Source of the DNA: Devosia sp.
GTDB lineage: Bacteria > Pseudomonadota > Alphaproteobacteria > Rhizobiales > Devosiaceae
Direction of reading: 5' to 3'
DNA length: 64,000 nt
Assembly: GCA_035998575.1 (NCBI GenBank)
Contig: DASYHM010000024.1
Span: forward strand, 38,624-102,623
Of the stretch, positions 19,991 through 30,494 are shown one piece after another. Every line of letters starts with the position of its first letter. Within the stretch, counting starts at the first letter, position 1. A program made the position numbers and the translations under genes. The notes under the pieces are model-generated. The model was not told the origin of the DNA, searched no databases, and was given only the letters and a program-made list of their open reading frames with translations.

Positions 19991-21304
19991 TCAGTTCACC
20001 GCCCAGGTGGCGATGGGTGGGAAGAACAGGATGATGGCCAGCACCACCAATTGCAGGGCGATGAATGGCAGCAGCGCCGTGTAGATGTGCTGCAGCGTGA
20101 TCTCCCTGGGCGCCACGCTCTTGAGATAGAAGGCGGCGGGCCCGAAGGGCGGGGTCAGATAGCTCACCTGCATGTTCACCGCGAACAATATGCCGAACCA
20201 GATGGGGTCATATCCGAGCTGGATCACGATCGGCACGAAGATCGGCAGCGTCAGCAGTGCGATGCCGATCCAGTCGAGGAACATACCCAGCACCAAAAGG
20301 ATCAGCATCATCACCATGATGATCACCACCGGCGGCGCCTGAATGCCTAGGATCGCGTCGGCGACAAAGCGGTTGCCGCCCATCAGGTTGTAGACACCCA
20401 CCAGCACGGCAGCGGCGATGCCGATCCAGATGATCATGCCGCAGGTTTCCAGCGTATGCACCAGGCTGGCCTGGAGCATCTTGAAGTTCAGCTCGCGCCG
20501 CAGCAGCGCAACGATGAGTACGGCGGACACGCCCAGCGCCGCGGCTTCCGTGATCGAGGCAACCCCGGCATAGATTGAGCCGAGCACCATGAACACGATG
20601 AACAATGGTGGCGCCAGCGAACGCAGGGCGCTGCTGAGAGATTCCTCCGCCATTTCCTCCTTCGACATCGGCGGTCCCATCTGCGGATTGCGCAAGCAGA
20701 TGAACAGCACATAAGCGACGTAGAACGCCAGCAGCAGCAAGGCCGGGGTGATGGCGGCTACGAAGAGATCCGCGATCGAAACGCTCGCCACAAGGCCGTA
20801 GATGATCAGCACGATGGACGGCGGCATCATCGTGCCCAGCGAGCCGCCGGCGCAGACCACGCCGATGGAGAGGTTGCGATCATAGCCCAGGCGCAGCATC
20901 TGCGGCAGCGCCAGGATGCCCAGCAGCACGATTTCGCCGCCGATGACGCCGGACATGGCGGCCATCAGGATGGCAACGATCAGCGTCTGCACTGCGACCC
21001 CGCCGGGTAGCCGACCCGCTATCACCCGCATGCCGTTGAACAGATCCTTGGCGATGCCGGAGCGGTCCAGCAGGGCGGCCATCAGGATGAACATGGGAAT
21101 GGCCACCAGCGAATATTCGGTGATGAAGCCGAAGATGCGCGCGGTGACCAGGGGCAGGGCGTTGCCGCCGAACCAGCCAAAGGTGAAGATCAGCGCCACC
21201 AGCCCGGTCACCCAGGCCAGTGGTTGTCCGCTCAGCAGCAGCAGGAAGATCGCGCCCACCAGCACGTATGAGCCGAGCTCGATGCCCATTGCGCTCAAGC
21301 CCAT
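19991..21304 (-). CDS. dctM: TRAP transporter large permease
   Basis: AIPMFILM, GGSLGTMMPPS, LTPPFG. Confidence 0.93.
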   Translation of the reverse strand: MGLSAMGIELGSYVLVGAIFLLLLSGQPLAWVTGLVALIFTFGWFGGNALPLVTARIFGFITEYSLVAIPMFILMAALLDRSGIAKDLFNGMRVIAGRLPGGVAVQTLIVAILMAAMSGVIGGEIVLLGILALPQMLRLGYDRNLSIGVVCAGGSLGTMMPPSIVLIIYGLVASVSIADLFVAAITPALLLLAFYVAYVLFICLRNPQMGPPMSKEEMAEESLSSALRSLAPPLFIVFMVLGSIYAGVASITEAAALGVSAVLIVALLRRELNFKMLQASLVHTLETCGMIIWIGIAAAVLVGVYNLMGGNRFVADAILGIQAPPVVIIMVMMLILLVLGMFLDWIGIALLTLPIFVPIVIQLGYDPIWFGILFAVNMQVSYLTPPFGPAAFYLKSVAPREITLQHIYTALLPFIALQLVVLAIILFFPPIATWAVN

Positions 21305-21305
21305 G

Positions 21306-21896
21306 CTAGTTCTCCTTCGTGCCGGACCGGGGGCCGGACTTTGGCCCATAAATCTCACGCCGGAGGGCGGCGCCCAGATGCAGCATGGTCTGCACGAACA
21401 TCAAGCCCACGCAGAGCAGCACCATGATCTTGAGCAGGGCGGGCGTCGGCGGGTTCCAGGAGGTGCCGGTGCCTTCGAGCCTGATATCGCCGGTCGGGGA
21501 GTAGACGGCCTTGCCCACCATGATCCAGGCGGCATAGCTCAGCCCGGCAAAGAACAGCAGCGCAATGATCGAGTTGAAGATGTCGAGTCGATGCCGGCGG
21601 GTCGGCGACGAAGAATCATAGAACATCCGCACGCGGATATGCTTGTCGCGCGCCAGGGCGATCGGGCCGCCGATGAGAAAGATCGCGGCAATGAGAAATG
21701 TCGTGGTTTCGTGCGCCCAGAAGGTGGGGCTATCGAAGACATAGCGGGAGATCACCTCGAATACGGTGATGGCGAAGGCGATGAAGATCGCCCAGGCGAA
21801 CACATTGGCCGAGCCGGCCACCCACCTGTCGAGACCGGTGCGAACGTTTTCCTCCCCGCCATCGGCGTTGGCAGGGTCGTCGGGGTTTTCCAGCAT
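21306..21896 (-). CDS. dctQ: TRAP transporter small permease
   Basis: EVISRYVFDSPTFWAHE, HIRV; four TM segments. Confidence 0.9.
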   Translation of the reverse strand: MLENPDDPANADGGEENVRTGLDRWVAGSANVFAWAIFIAFAITVFEVISRYVFDSPTFWAHETTTFLIAAIFLIGGPIALARDKHIRVRMFYDSSSPTRRHRLDIFNSIIALLFFAGLSYAAWIMVGKAVYSPTGDIRLEGTGTSWNPPTPALLKIMVLLCVGLMFVQTMLHLGAALRREIYGPKSGPRSGTKEN

Positions 21897-21976
21897 GGGC
21901 TGATCTCCAGAACCATCGGGCTGCGCCCCGCCAGAGCCGGCAGGGGCGCAGCATCAAGGTGGTCTGCTCCAGACGA

Positions 21977-23002
21977 CTAGAGCAGGTTGCGGCCTTCGAG
22001 ATAGCTCGTGACGGCATCGTAGTAGCGCTGCGTCATATCGCTGCGTTCGGCCCAGCTCTGCCATTCTTCCTGCGCGATGCGCCGGAACTTGGCACGCTCA
22101 TCGCCCGACCAGTTGATGATCTCGATCTCCGGGTTGGCCCGGGCCTCGGCCACGGCCGCGGCGTCGAGCTGGCGCACCGAATAGACGTGATCGAAGATGA
22201 ACTGGTCGACCGAAGCGTTCAGGATCTGCTGCAGGTCCTCCGGCAGGCCGTCCCAGATTTCCTTGTTCATCGAGATGTCGATCAGCGGCAGGGAGTGGAA
22301 GCCCGGATAAAGCGGATAGGGCGCGATGTCGTTCATGCCCAGTGCCTGGTTGGTGGCGAACACCGTGTTGTCGGCGGCGTCGACCACACCCTTGTCGAGC
22401 GCGGAGAAGATTTCCGAGCCGGGCAGCGCTACCGGTGACGCACCCGCCTTGGAGAAAATCTCGAACACCATTCCCTCGGGCGCACGCAGCTTGACGCCTT
22501 GCAGGTCTTCCACGGTGCGGATCGGGACGCCGGCCACGAACGCTTCGGGCTCGGTCGCGGCTGCGCCGATGAAGTGCACGCCATAGGGTTCCACCAGCTC
22601 GGAGTAGAGCTCGTGGCCGCCGCCAGCCTGCATGAAACCGATCAACTCGAACGGATCGCTCCAGGCGCCCACCAGATTGCCCATCATGGCAAAGGCCGGG
22701 TCCTTGCCGGCAAAATAGCTCGGATCGGTCAGGTGGCCTTGCAGAATCCCTGCGCCGACCGCATCGAGCGTGTCGGTATGGGGCACGACTGCGCCGATCG
22801 GCAGGATCTCGATCTCGATGCGCCCGCCGGATAGCGTGCCAACGTTTTCGGCCCATTTCTGCTTGTTGATGAAGCCGGGCTCGCCGGCCGTCTCCGAAGT
22901 CTGGAAGGTCCAGTTATAGTCTGCGGCCAAAGCGGCGCCGGTGAGCGCCAGGACTGAGGCGGTGACGGCGACAAGGCCGGTGAGTGATTTGGTAAAGCTC
23001 AC
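21977..23002 (-). CDS. dctP: TRAP substrate-binding protein
   Basis: GTG start with GGGAG RBS, signal peptide, DLQGVKLRAP, EIFSALDKGVVDA. Confidence 0.92.
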   Translation of the reverse strand: MSFTKSLTGLVAVTASVLALTGAALAADYNWTFQTSETAGEPGFINKQKWAENVGTLSGGRIEIEILPIGAVVPHTDTLDAVGAGILQGHLTDPSYFAGKDPAFAMMGNLVGAWSDPFELIGFMQAGGGHELYSELVEPYGVHFIGAAATEPEAFVAGVPIRTVEDLQGVKLRAPEGMVFEIFSKAGASPVALPGSEIFSALDKGVVDAADNTVFATNQALGMNDIAPYPLYPGFHSLPLIDISMNKEIWDGLPEDLQQILNASVDQFIFDHVYSVRQLDAAAVAEARANPEIEIINWSGDERAKFRRIAQEEWQSWAERSDMTQRYYDAVTSYLEGRNLL

Positions 23003-23145
23003 GTCTCTCTCCCGTGTTCGATGCTGGTTGCGGGTTTTTTGATCCAGGCGGGCATCGTCCGCGCCGGATGGTTGACTGAACTGTGCATGGATCAGTCGCG
23101 CGATCAACAGCTGCAGGCTAAATTTTGCTGCAATTTCTTTGGCTT

Positions 23146-23242
23146 TTGTCAGACCAGAAGCCCGAGTTTTAGCCCTGGAGAGCGGAGTCAGGGGCCGGTT
23201 ATTGCCATTCCGTGAGCGTTTGTGCACTCTCTGGTCCTACAA
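23146..23242. promoter_or_regulatory. Two FadR/GntR-type operator-like sites
   Basis: TTGTCAGACCA (23146-23156) and TGGTCCTACAA (23232-23242) in the divergent gap. Confidence 0.55.
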
Positions 23243-23276
23243 ACCCCAGGCCTCCCGCTTCGTCAGAGACTTCCTA

Positions 23277-23996
23277 TTGACCGTCACGCAGTCCGCTTCC
23301 GCATCTGGCAGAAATTCCGTGCAGGCACGCTCGGCGGTAGAGGCGCTGGTGCTAGACATTCGCAGGTTGATCGACAGCAAGTTGCTCAAGGTCGGAGACC
23401 CACTGCCATCGGAGCGCGAGCTGTGCGAACGTTTTGCGACCAGCCGCAATACCGTGCGCGAGGCGATGCGCATGCTTAAGGCCTACGGGGTTGTCGAGGT
23501 CCGTCCCAAGGTGGGGGCCACCATCATCGACAACCGCATGGCCCGCGCCTTCGATCTGTTTTCCTTCAACACCATCGAGATTTCCCGCAAGGCCTTCACC
23601 GACATTCAGGGCTTTCGGACGCTGATCGAGGTGAACTCCGTCGACGCCCTCTTTGATAATCTCGATGATGGGCATCTGGACCGCCTGACCGCCGCCAACA
23701 CTGCCATGGGTCAAGCAGCGACGCGTGAGGAGGCCTCCGAAGCGGATTTCGCCTTCCACGTCGCGCTGGTCGGCATTCTCGACAATGCGGCGTTGATCGA
23801 GCTCTATCGCATCATGAAGCCGGTCATCATCGGCATCATGGAAAAGGGCAAGTCGCGACAGGACTTTCGCACGACCACCTTCGCCCAGCACCAGGCGGTG
23901 ATCGACGCGCTGACGGCCCGGGATCGCATCAGCTACCAGTACGCCCTGCAGTTCCATCTCAACCTCGGCTTCAACACCTTCGGTCAGGACGACTGA
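23277..23996 (+). CDS. FadR/GntR family regulator (start uncertain)
   Basis: GDPLPSERELC..SRNTVREA HTH; FCD domain ADFAFH, QHQAVIDAL. Confidence 0.9.
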   Translation: MTVTQSASASGRNSVQARSAVEALVLDIRRLIDSKLLKVGDPLPSERELCERFATSRNTVREAMRMLKAYGVVEVRPKVGATIIDNRMARAFDLFSFNTIEISRKAFTDIQGFRTLIEVNSVDALFDNLDDGHLDRLTAANTAMGQAATREEASEADFAFHVALVGILDNAALIELYRIMKPVIIGIMEKGKSRQDFRTTTFAQHQAVIDALTARDRISYQYALQFHLNLGFNTFGQDD

Positions 23997-24233
23997 TCCT
24001 GGCTGCCGCGCACGTACCAGGTCGGACGTCTTCGCCCCGCTCTGCGCGGCCATGGAGCCCGGCGAGGTCTGGTTGGACTTCGCTGGACGTTCAGGCGAAG
24101 GCTGGAAAGGAATGCAGTGCGAAGCGCCGGTAGTTAACCTTTGGCATTAAGCTAAACGCGAAAGTTCGCTTTGGAAAACCGGGACTTGTGGCGTTATCAC
24201 ATCACCAGTGCTCTGTTTGCCGGCAACGTGAGG

Positions 24234-24539
24234 ATGACAATGGCTGCACGCTCCAGAACCGACCAGAAGGTCGTCGACAAGACCGATGCTGAAGTTGTTG
24301 CTGCAGCTAAGGAACTCGCCAAACAGACCGCTCCGATGGTACAGCGCCTGGCCTCGCATCGGGAGCGCTTTGACTTGGCGATCAAGGAACTCGAAAGCGA
24401 GCGCTCCGCCATCCTTTCCAGGCGGGATCACCTGCGTCGACAGATGGAGGCCGTGGAAGCCGGGTTTGCCATACATCTTGAGGATATCGAAGCAACGCTG
24501 AGGATGTACGAGTACGGCATCAAAGCCGGGTCTGCCTGA
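24234..24539 (+). CDS. Hypothetical coiled-coil protein
   Basis: GAGG RBS, heptad-like charged helix. Confidence 0.55.
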   Translation: MTMAARSRTDQKVVDKTDAEVVAAAKELAKQTAPMVQRLASHRERFDLAIKELESERSAILSRRDHLRRQMEAVEAGFAIHLEDIEATLRMYEYGIKAGSA

Positions 24540-24687
24540 GAACCAGCAGTTCCGCGCGGAAATCTCTCGTTCTGATCTGGACCGGTGCTAGCGGCGTGCA
24601 GGGACCCCTCGCTCAACGAGCGCTGCATTGCAGAAGACGACGCCGGTGCGGCCTCTTAAGCCAGCCGACAGGCCCTTTGGCGTCGGC

Positions 24688-24909
24688 TCAGTTGTCGTTT
24701 GCGACCACGACAAACGAAGCTGACCTATAGCCCCACCAAGTCGATTGCCGGTGCCAAGAGAAAACCGGCGAACGACCAATCGTTTTCCCAGCGCGAACTT
24801 TCGTGCTGCCAATTTCCGCCAGCGGAAACACGACATACTTCCGCGGCTCCCGAAACTGACGTGCTTCTGGTGGACGCCTCGGTCCGGTCGAAATCAATGG
24901 ATGGATCAT
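24688..24909 (-). CDS. Small hypothetical protein, possibly degraded
   Basis: AGGGGG RBS, ends VVANDN, followed by hairpin 24664-24689. Confidence 0.35.
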   Translation of the reverse strand: MIHPLISTGPRRPPEARQFREPRKYVVFPLAEIGSTKVRAGKTIGRSPVFSWHRQSTWWGYRSASFVVVANDN

Positions 24910-25099
24910 GGCGCCCCCTGTCATTAGGGTTAACGCTGTGCGTTTGCCTTAGCAACGCTGCCGTACTGGTTTACCCACACCTTCATGTCTTCAGGTCCAT
25001 CAAAGTGGGCGACGGCAGGGTGAGGGATGAGTTCAGCCGCTCAGTCCGTTGTCGGGCAGTCGCCGGAACCCGTCCAAGCGAGGCCCCCGATCCATGGCT

Positions 25100-26104
25100 T
25101 CAACGCCGGGCGCTGCCAACGGCGAGAACAAGGACCGCGCCCGCAACCACAACCGCGCCCAGGCTGAGCGCTGGATGCATCTGCGCCGCGGTCGTTACGC
25201 TGTAGTTGCGGCCACGGCGGTAGCGGGAGGTCTCGTGGCCCTCGGACGGGACATCGTGCAGACCGTCGTATTCCGGCATGTGGCCATAGTCGATGAGCTT
25301 GTCGTAGCTCCAGTTTTGCTGAACGGTATCGATCACGCCCGGCGCCACGGCGGCTAGCCGTCCACCCAAAGCCGACGTCTGCCCGACAGCCACATCGCGC
25401 TTGCGATGCTGGGCAGCATGAAGGATCGCCTCAGCCACGACCTCGGGCTCATAATTCGCACCAGGCGCCTTGCCCATGCCGCCCATATTGGTCTTGGCAT
25501 GGTCGAAGAAGCGCGTATCGATTGAACTTGGCTTTATCAGGGTTACCGAGATAGGCAGCCCCTCCTGGCCAAGCTCCACTCGCAAACCGTCCGTGAAGCC
25601 CTTGATGGCGTGCTTGGTTGCAGAATACGCCACCGACAGCATCTGCGGCATGTCTGACACGGCCGAACCAAGGTTAATGATGGCGCCGGGCTTGCCCAAT
25701 TCACGGAAATGCCGCGCCGCGGCAAGCGACCCATAGACCAGGCCAAAGTAGTTCACCTCGAACAATCGGTGATGATCGACGCTGCTGGTTTCATCTGCCG
25801 TGCTGACAAGGCCGACGCCGGCATTATTTACCCAGGTGTCAAACCCGCCGAACCGATCGATGACGGTGCCGGCCAATCGTTGGACCTGCTCTTCATCGGC
25901 AACATCGGTCGGCACCGCGATCGCGGTGCCGCCTGCTGCGTTGATATCCCGGGCTATCCGATCCAGTGCATCGGCATCGCGCGCTGCAAGCACCACCTGG
26001 GCGCCACGCCGCGCGGCGAGCCGTGCCGTCGCAAGTCCGATGCCGGAACTGGCTCCGGTGATGACTATTGTTTGCTGGTCAAGCTTGGCGAGCTTCTTGG
26101 GCAT
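25100..26104 (-). CDS. SDR oxidoreductase with C-terminal hydrophobic tail
   Basis: TGASSGIG, NNAG, YSATK. Confidence 0.92.
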   Translation of the reverse strand: MPKKLAKLDQQTIVITGASSGIGLATARLAARRGAQVVLAARDADALDRIARDINAAGGTAIAVPTDVADEEQVQRLAGTVIDRFGGFDTWVNNAGVGLVSTADETSSVDHHRLFEVNYFGLVYGSLAAARHFRELGKPGAIINLGSAVSDMPQMLSVAYSATKHAIKGFTDGLRVELGQEGLPISVTLIKPSSIDTRFFDHAKTNMGGMGKAPGANYEPEVVAEAILHAAQHRKRDVAVGQTSALGGRLAAVAPGVIDTVQQNWSYDKLIDYGHMPEYDGLHDVPSEGHETSRYRRGRNYSVTTAAQMHPALSLGAVVVAGAVLVLAVGSARR

Positions 26105-26126
26105 GGCATTCTCCAGATGAGCGGCC

Positions 26127-26151
26127 AACGGGCGAAGATGCGTTAGGTTGC
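26127..26151 (-). promoter_or_regulatory. EcfG-like promoter
   Basis: GCAAC-N16-CGTT on the minus strand 22 nt above the SDR start. Confidence 0.55.
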
Positions 26152-26458
26152 CCAAGCGCTTTCTCTCGAGGTGGGGCAGCCGGCCCGGGAGTTGCGATCC
26201 GCGCCTCCCTGATGATCACCTTGGCCTTGTACTGGCACCGCCTCTATGCTCCTCTTACCCAAGCCACATCGTCGGCAGCTGGCTGAGGTACGTGCATAAA
26301 TCATATTGTACTATTAATATCGGCGTGGTAACGACTCAGCTAGGCGGAAGGAGGCCCGCCTGGGGGAGGGGATGAGGCGACGCATGCGTGGAGGCGCTAC
26401 GCGGCCGTTCTTCCGAAAGTTCCTGCCTACGAGACTGCCGCCAACAAGGGAGGACGTG

Positions 26459-27199
26459 TTGGCACTTCTTGAATTGACGGGCGTGACCAAGGAATTCGGG
26501 GCCATCCGCGCCCTTTCCGATGTCAGCTTCACTGTCCAGCCCGGCGAAGTGGTCGGGCTGATGGGCGATAACGGCGCTGGTAAGTCCACGCTGGTCAAGA
26601 TCATCTCCGGCATCTATCAGCCGACGGCCGGCAGCCTGCGCTTTGCCGGCAACCATGCTCATATCCATAGCCCCGCGGAAGCCCGGCGGCTCGGCATCGA
26701 AACGGTTTATCAGGACCTCGCCCTCGCCGATAACCTGACCGCCGCCGAGAACATCTTTCTGGGTCGCGAGTTGAAGCGCCAGGTGGGACCATTCCGCTTC
26801 CTGCGCCATGCGGCCATGGATGCGCGCGCCGCCGAGCTTTTTGCCGAACTCAAATCTGAAACGCGCTCCGGCGACTTTGTGCGTCAGATGTCGGGCGGAC
26901 AGCGACAGGCCGTCGCCATCGCCCGCACCCGCCTCTCGGATGCCAAGCTCATCCTGATGGACGAGCCGACCGCTGCCATCTCGGTGCGCCAGGTGGCTGA
27001 AGTGCTCAACCTGATCCGCCGCCTCAAGGAGGCCGGCATCGCAGTCATTCTGATTTCCCATCGCATGCCCGACGTCTTTGCCGTGTGCGAGCGGGTCATT
27101 GTCATGCGGCGCGGCACCAAGGTGGCTGACAAGCCCATTGCTGCATCCTCGCCCGAAGAAGTCACTGCGCTGATCACCGGCGCCATGGAGGCCGCGTGA
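26459..27199 (+). CDS. Sugar ABC transporter ATP-binding protein
   Basis: GDNGAGKST, MSGGQRQ, LMDEPT; GGGAGG RBS. Confidence 0.93.
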   Translation: MALLELTGVTKEFGAIRALSDVSFTVQPGEVVGLMGDNGAGKSTLVKIISGIYQPTAGSLRFAGNHAHIHSPAEARRLGIETVYQDLALADNLTAAENIFLGRELKRQVGPFRFLRHAAMDARAAELFAELKSETRSGDFVRQMSGGQRQAVAIARTRLSDAKLILMDEPTAAISVRQVAEVLNLIRRLKEAGIAVILISHRMPDVFAVCERVIVMRRGTKVADKPIAASSPEEVTALITGAMEAA

Positions 27200-28227
27200 T
27201 GTCCATCAGCCAATCAGGCTTTACCAATGTTGGCCGCACCCGCTTCTGGCAGCGGGGTTTTCTCAATACCCAGTCGGCCTATGTGCTTGCGGCCCTGTTG
27301 GTCCTCATGGCGGTGATGAGCCTGCTCTCGCCCAATTTCATGACCAGCGGCAATATCTCCAACATCACCCGCAACTTCTCGTTCATTGCCATTGCCACCT
27401 TGGGCATTACGCTCGTGATCATCACCGGTGGCATCGATCTGTCCGTGGGCTCGACCATCGCGCTCTCCGCCACCATCACCTCATTGACCATGAACGCGCT
27501 GCTGGGGGCACAATTCTATCCCTTTCCCGGCAGTGTTCTGATCGTGTCGGTGGCGGCTGGCCTGCTGGCCGCTGCCGGTGTGGGCCTGTTCAACGGCGTG
27601 GCCATCGCCAAGCTCAAGCTCAGTCCATTCGTCACTACGCTGGGCACGCTTTCCATGGTGCGGGGGCTGGTCTATGTCGCCACCCAGGGGCGCGGCACCT
27701 TTCCGGCCGGACCTGACAAGGAACTATTCCTGACGGTCACGGCGGGAAAGCTCTTTGACGTGGTGCCGGTGTCCTTCCTCTATCTGGTCATCTGTGCCCT
27801 CGTCATGTGGGTCGCGCTCAATCACACGGCCTGGGGCAAGCACGTCTTTGCCATTGGCAGCAATGAGAATGCGGGGCGGCTGACAGGCGTCAATGTCGAC
27901 CGGGTCAAGATACAAGTCTATGTGCTGTGCTCGATGGCCGCCGGATTTAACGGCATCATCATCTCGGGCTGGCTCGGTTCCGCCCCCGCCAATCTGGCAA
28001 CGGCCTACGAATTGACTATCATCGCCGCGGCGGTGATCGGCGGCGCCAACCTCGCCGGGGGGGGCGGGGGTGCGGCGGGCGCAATCATCGGCTGCATCCT
28101 GATCGAGGTGATCCGCAACGGCCTCGTGCTGGCGCGCGTCGACCCCTATTGGCAGCAGACGCTGGTGGGCGCGATCATCGTCGCTGCTGTGCTGGTGGAC
28201 CGGGTGCGCTCTTCGCGCAACGGCTGA
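27199..28227 (+). CDS. Sugar ABC transporter permease (RbsC-like)
   Basis: GGIDLSVG, PFVTTLG, YELTIIAAAVIGG. Confidence 0.93.
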   Translation: MSISQSGFTNVGRTRFWQRGFLNTQSAYVLAALLVLMAVMSLLSPNFMTSGNISNITRNFSFIAIATLGITLVIITGGIDLSVGSTIALSATITSLTMNALLGAQFYPFPGSVLIVSVAAGLLAAAGVGLFNGVAIAKLKLSPFVTTLGTLSMVRGLVYVATQGRGTFPAGPDKELFLTVTAGKLFDVVPVSFLYLVICALVMWVALNHTAWGKHVFAIGSNENAGRLTGVNVDRVKIQVYVLCSMAAGFNGIIISGWLGSAPANLATAYELTIIAAAVIGGANLAGGGGGAAGAIIGCILIEVIRNGLVLARVDPYWQQTLVGAIIVAAVLVDRVRSSRNG

Positions 28228-28376
28228 CCAATTTTGTATCCGGAGCCGCGCCTGCGCGCGACTCCAGCTTGATCGGAGCTCCCGCAACGCCGGGCAGCGC
28301 CGGAGGGAGGCCGGCGAATAATTCGCCGGTTCAAGTGCCCGGATCTGACGATCCGGATCTAATGGAGGAGACAACA

Positions 28377-29318
28377 ATGACCAAGACAGCCATCGTGCTC
28401 GGCACGATCGCCACACTGTTCCTCGGCGGCACCGCCTTTGCCCAGGACAACTACACCTTTGCCGTCGTCCCCAAGGCCATGAACAACCCGTTCTTCGACC
28501 TGGCCCGCGACGGTTGCGAGGCCCGGGCCTCCGAACTGGGCAACGTGACCTGCATGTATATCGGCCCGGTCGAGCATGAGGCCACCACCCAGGCCCAGAT
28601 CATCGAAGACCTGATCACCCAGGGCGTCGACGGGCTGGCCATCTCGGTATCCGATATCGCCGCGGCGACCACCGTGATCGATCGCGCCACCGAGGCTGGC
28701 ATCGCCGTCATCACCTTCGACTCCGACGCGCCAGACAGCACCCGCACCGCCTATGTCGGCACCGACAACAAGCTGTTCGGCGAGGACCTGGGCAAGCTGC
28801 TGCTGCAAGTGGCTCCCGATGGCGGCAGCTATGGCATGATCTCGGGCGGCGCCGCCGCGCCGAACCTTGCCCTCCGCGTCGACGGCGTGCGTGAAGCGCT
28901 GGAGGGTTCCAGCTGGACCGAAGTACCCGGTTCGCCGACGTTCTCGAACGACGATATCGCCCTGGCCCTGCAGCAGATGGCCGACCTCAAGACGGCCAAT
29001 CCGGACATTTCGGCCATCGTACCGGTCGGCGGCTGGCCCATGTTCGCACCCGACGGCTGGAGGAACTTCGTCGACCAGTACAAGGCGGAAGTCGACAGCG
29101 GAGAACTGGCCTTGGTAGTGGCCGATACCCTTCCCCAGCAGTTGCAGCTGCTCAAGGAAGGCTATGCCCACGGCCTGGTCGGTCAGCGTCCCTATGAAAT
29201 GGGTCAGAAGGCCATGGACACCCTGCTGGCCATCAAGAACGGCGAAACCGTGGAAGAAATCATCTACACCGGCAACGACGTCGTCACCGCCGAGAATGTC
29301 GACGAATTCCTCCAGTAA
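28377..29318 (+). CDS. Sugar ABC substrate-binding protein
   Basis: GGAGGAG RBS, signal peptide, NNPFF, ITFDSD, YVGTDN, GQRPYEMG. Confidence 0.93.
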   Translation: MTKTAIVLGTIATLFLGGTAFAQDNYTFAVVPKAMNNPFFDLARDGCEARASELGNVTCMYIGPVEHEATTQAQIIEDLITQGVDGLAISVSDIAAATTVIDRATEAGIAVITFDSDAPDSTRTAYVGTDNKLFGEDLGKLLLQVAPDGGSYGMISGGAAAPNLALRVDGVREALEGSSWTEVPGSPTFSNDDIALALQQMADLKTANPDISAIVPVGGWPMFAPDGWRNFVDQYKAEVDSGELALVVADTLPQQLQLLKEGYAHGLVGQRPYEMGQKAMDTLLAIKNGETVEEIIYTGNDVVTAENVDEFLQ

Positions 29319-29323
29319 GTGCA

Positions 29324-29354
29324 CCGGCCGGGGCGGCGAACGCCCCGGCCATTT
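29324..29354 (+). terminator. Putative terminator hairpin
   Basis: GC-rich inverted repeat immediately after the binding-protein stop. Confidence 0.45.
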
Positions 29355-29481
29355 CGCCGGATCGGCAACTCCCTGTTCTTATGGACTGTCAGCCTTCGCA
29401 AGGCGTTGGCGTGGGTACGATAGGCGCATCCTGCTACCGCCTTACCCGTGCAAGGCACCCACGATGAACTCGTGCTGACCT

Positions 29482-30354
29482 CTAGGATGCCCGCTGACGC
29501 CGGCTGTTGAGGATGCAGGCACCCACGATGAGCGCCGCACCGGCCCAGAACGGGAGCCTCGGCAATTCGGAGAAGAACACGAAGCCCAAGGCGGCCGCCC
29601 AAAGCAGGCCGGTATAATCGACTATGGCGAAGACCGAGACCGGCACAAGGCGCAAGCCGCTGATCAGCAGCACAAATCCGGCTGCGCCCAGAAAGCCCAC
29701 CAGCACCGTCTGGCCGGCAATGATCGGAGTGATGGCGGGGAAAGGTTGCGCCAGCGCTAGGGGCAGGGCCAATAGTGCCGCGACGGCCGACTGACCCAGC
29801 GTCATAGCCGCCGGCGTTTCCTTGAGCGAATGGTGCTTGAGCAAGGCCAGGATGCACGCATAGCTGAAAGGCGCCAACAGCGCCGCAGCCCAGGCCAGCG
29901 GATCGCTCTCGATGTCCGGGACCAGGATTGCGCCGCCGCCGAGGATGATAATGGCTGCACCAGAACCACCAAGTATGAGTGCCGCCCAGGCGTTGGCATC
30001 GAGGCGCTCCTTGAGTATGGCGGCTCCGATCAGGGTCACATAGAGCGGGGCAGTCATGCCCAGTGCTGCCACCAACGCCAGCGGCAGATTGGCTACTGCA
30101 TAGAAGAACATCGAAGCCGTGGCGACCAGCAGGGTCCCCCGCAGACCTAGCCGCCCCAAATCACCGAATCGTGGCCAGGTGCCTCGCGTGAAGGCGATCC
30201 ACAGCGCCAACCAGACGGCGGCGCCAAGAAAGCGCACGAACACCACCTGGAAGGTTGCCATTTCGGCGCCCAACGCCTTGGCGACCGCATCCATGCAGCA
30301 CATCAGGGCGATGCCAGCGGCGCTAAGGATGAGACCGCTTGTACGAGGGACCAT
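29482..30354 (-). CDS. DMT/EamA transporter
   Basis: About 10 TM segments, QVVFVRF, ILKER, DYTGLLWA. Confidence 0.88.
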   Translation of the reverse strand: MVPRTSGLILSAAGIALMCCMDAVAKALGAEMATFQVVFVRFLGAAVWLALWIAFTRGTWPRFGDLGRLGLRGTLLVATASMFFYAVANLPLALVAALGMTAPLYVTLIGAAILKERLDANAWAALILGGSGAAIIILGGGAILVPDIESDPLAWAAALLAPFSYACILALLKHHSLKETPAAMTLGQSAVAALLALPLALAQPFPAITPIIAGQTVLVGFLGAAGFVLLISGLRLVPVSVFAIVDYTGLLWAAALGFVFFSELPRLPFWAGAALIVGACILNSRRQRAS

Positions 30355-30494
30355 CAAGGACTCTGGAGAAGGGCAGCTGCGGCAGGACAATCGGGCAGGA
30401 TGTCGGAGACGCTAGCATCGTTTTCTGCCGCCGGTAAGGTTTCGAACACGAGCTTGAGCTATGACTCGCGTGCCTATGATACTGAGATTGAACG

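Noticed and set aside
28057..28070. G8 plus G5 run in the ABC permease as a phase-variation tract
   Set aside because: In frame, encodes a Gly-rich permease motif and is short for a contingency locus.
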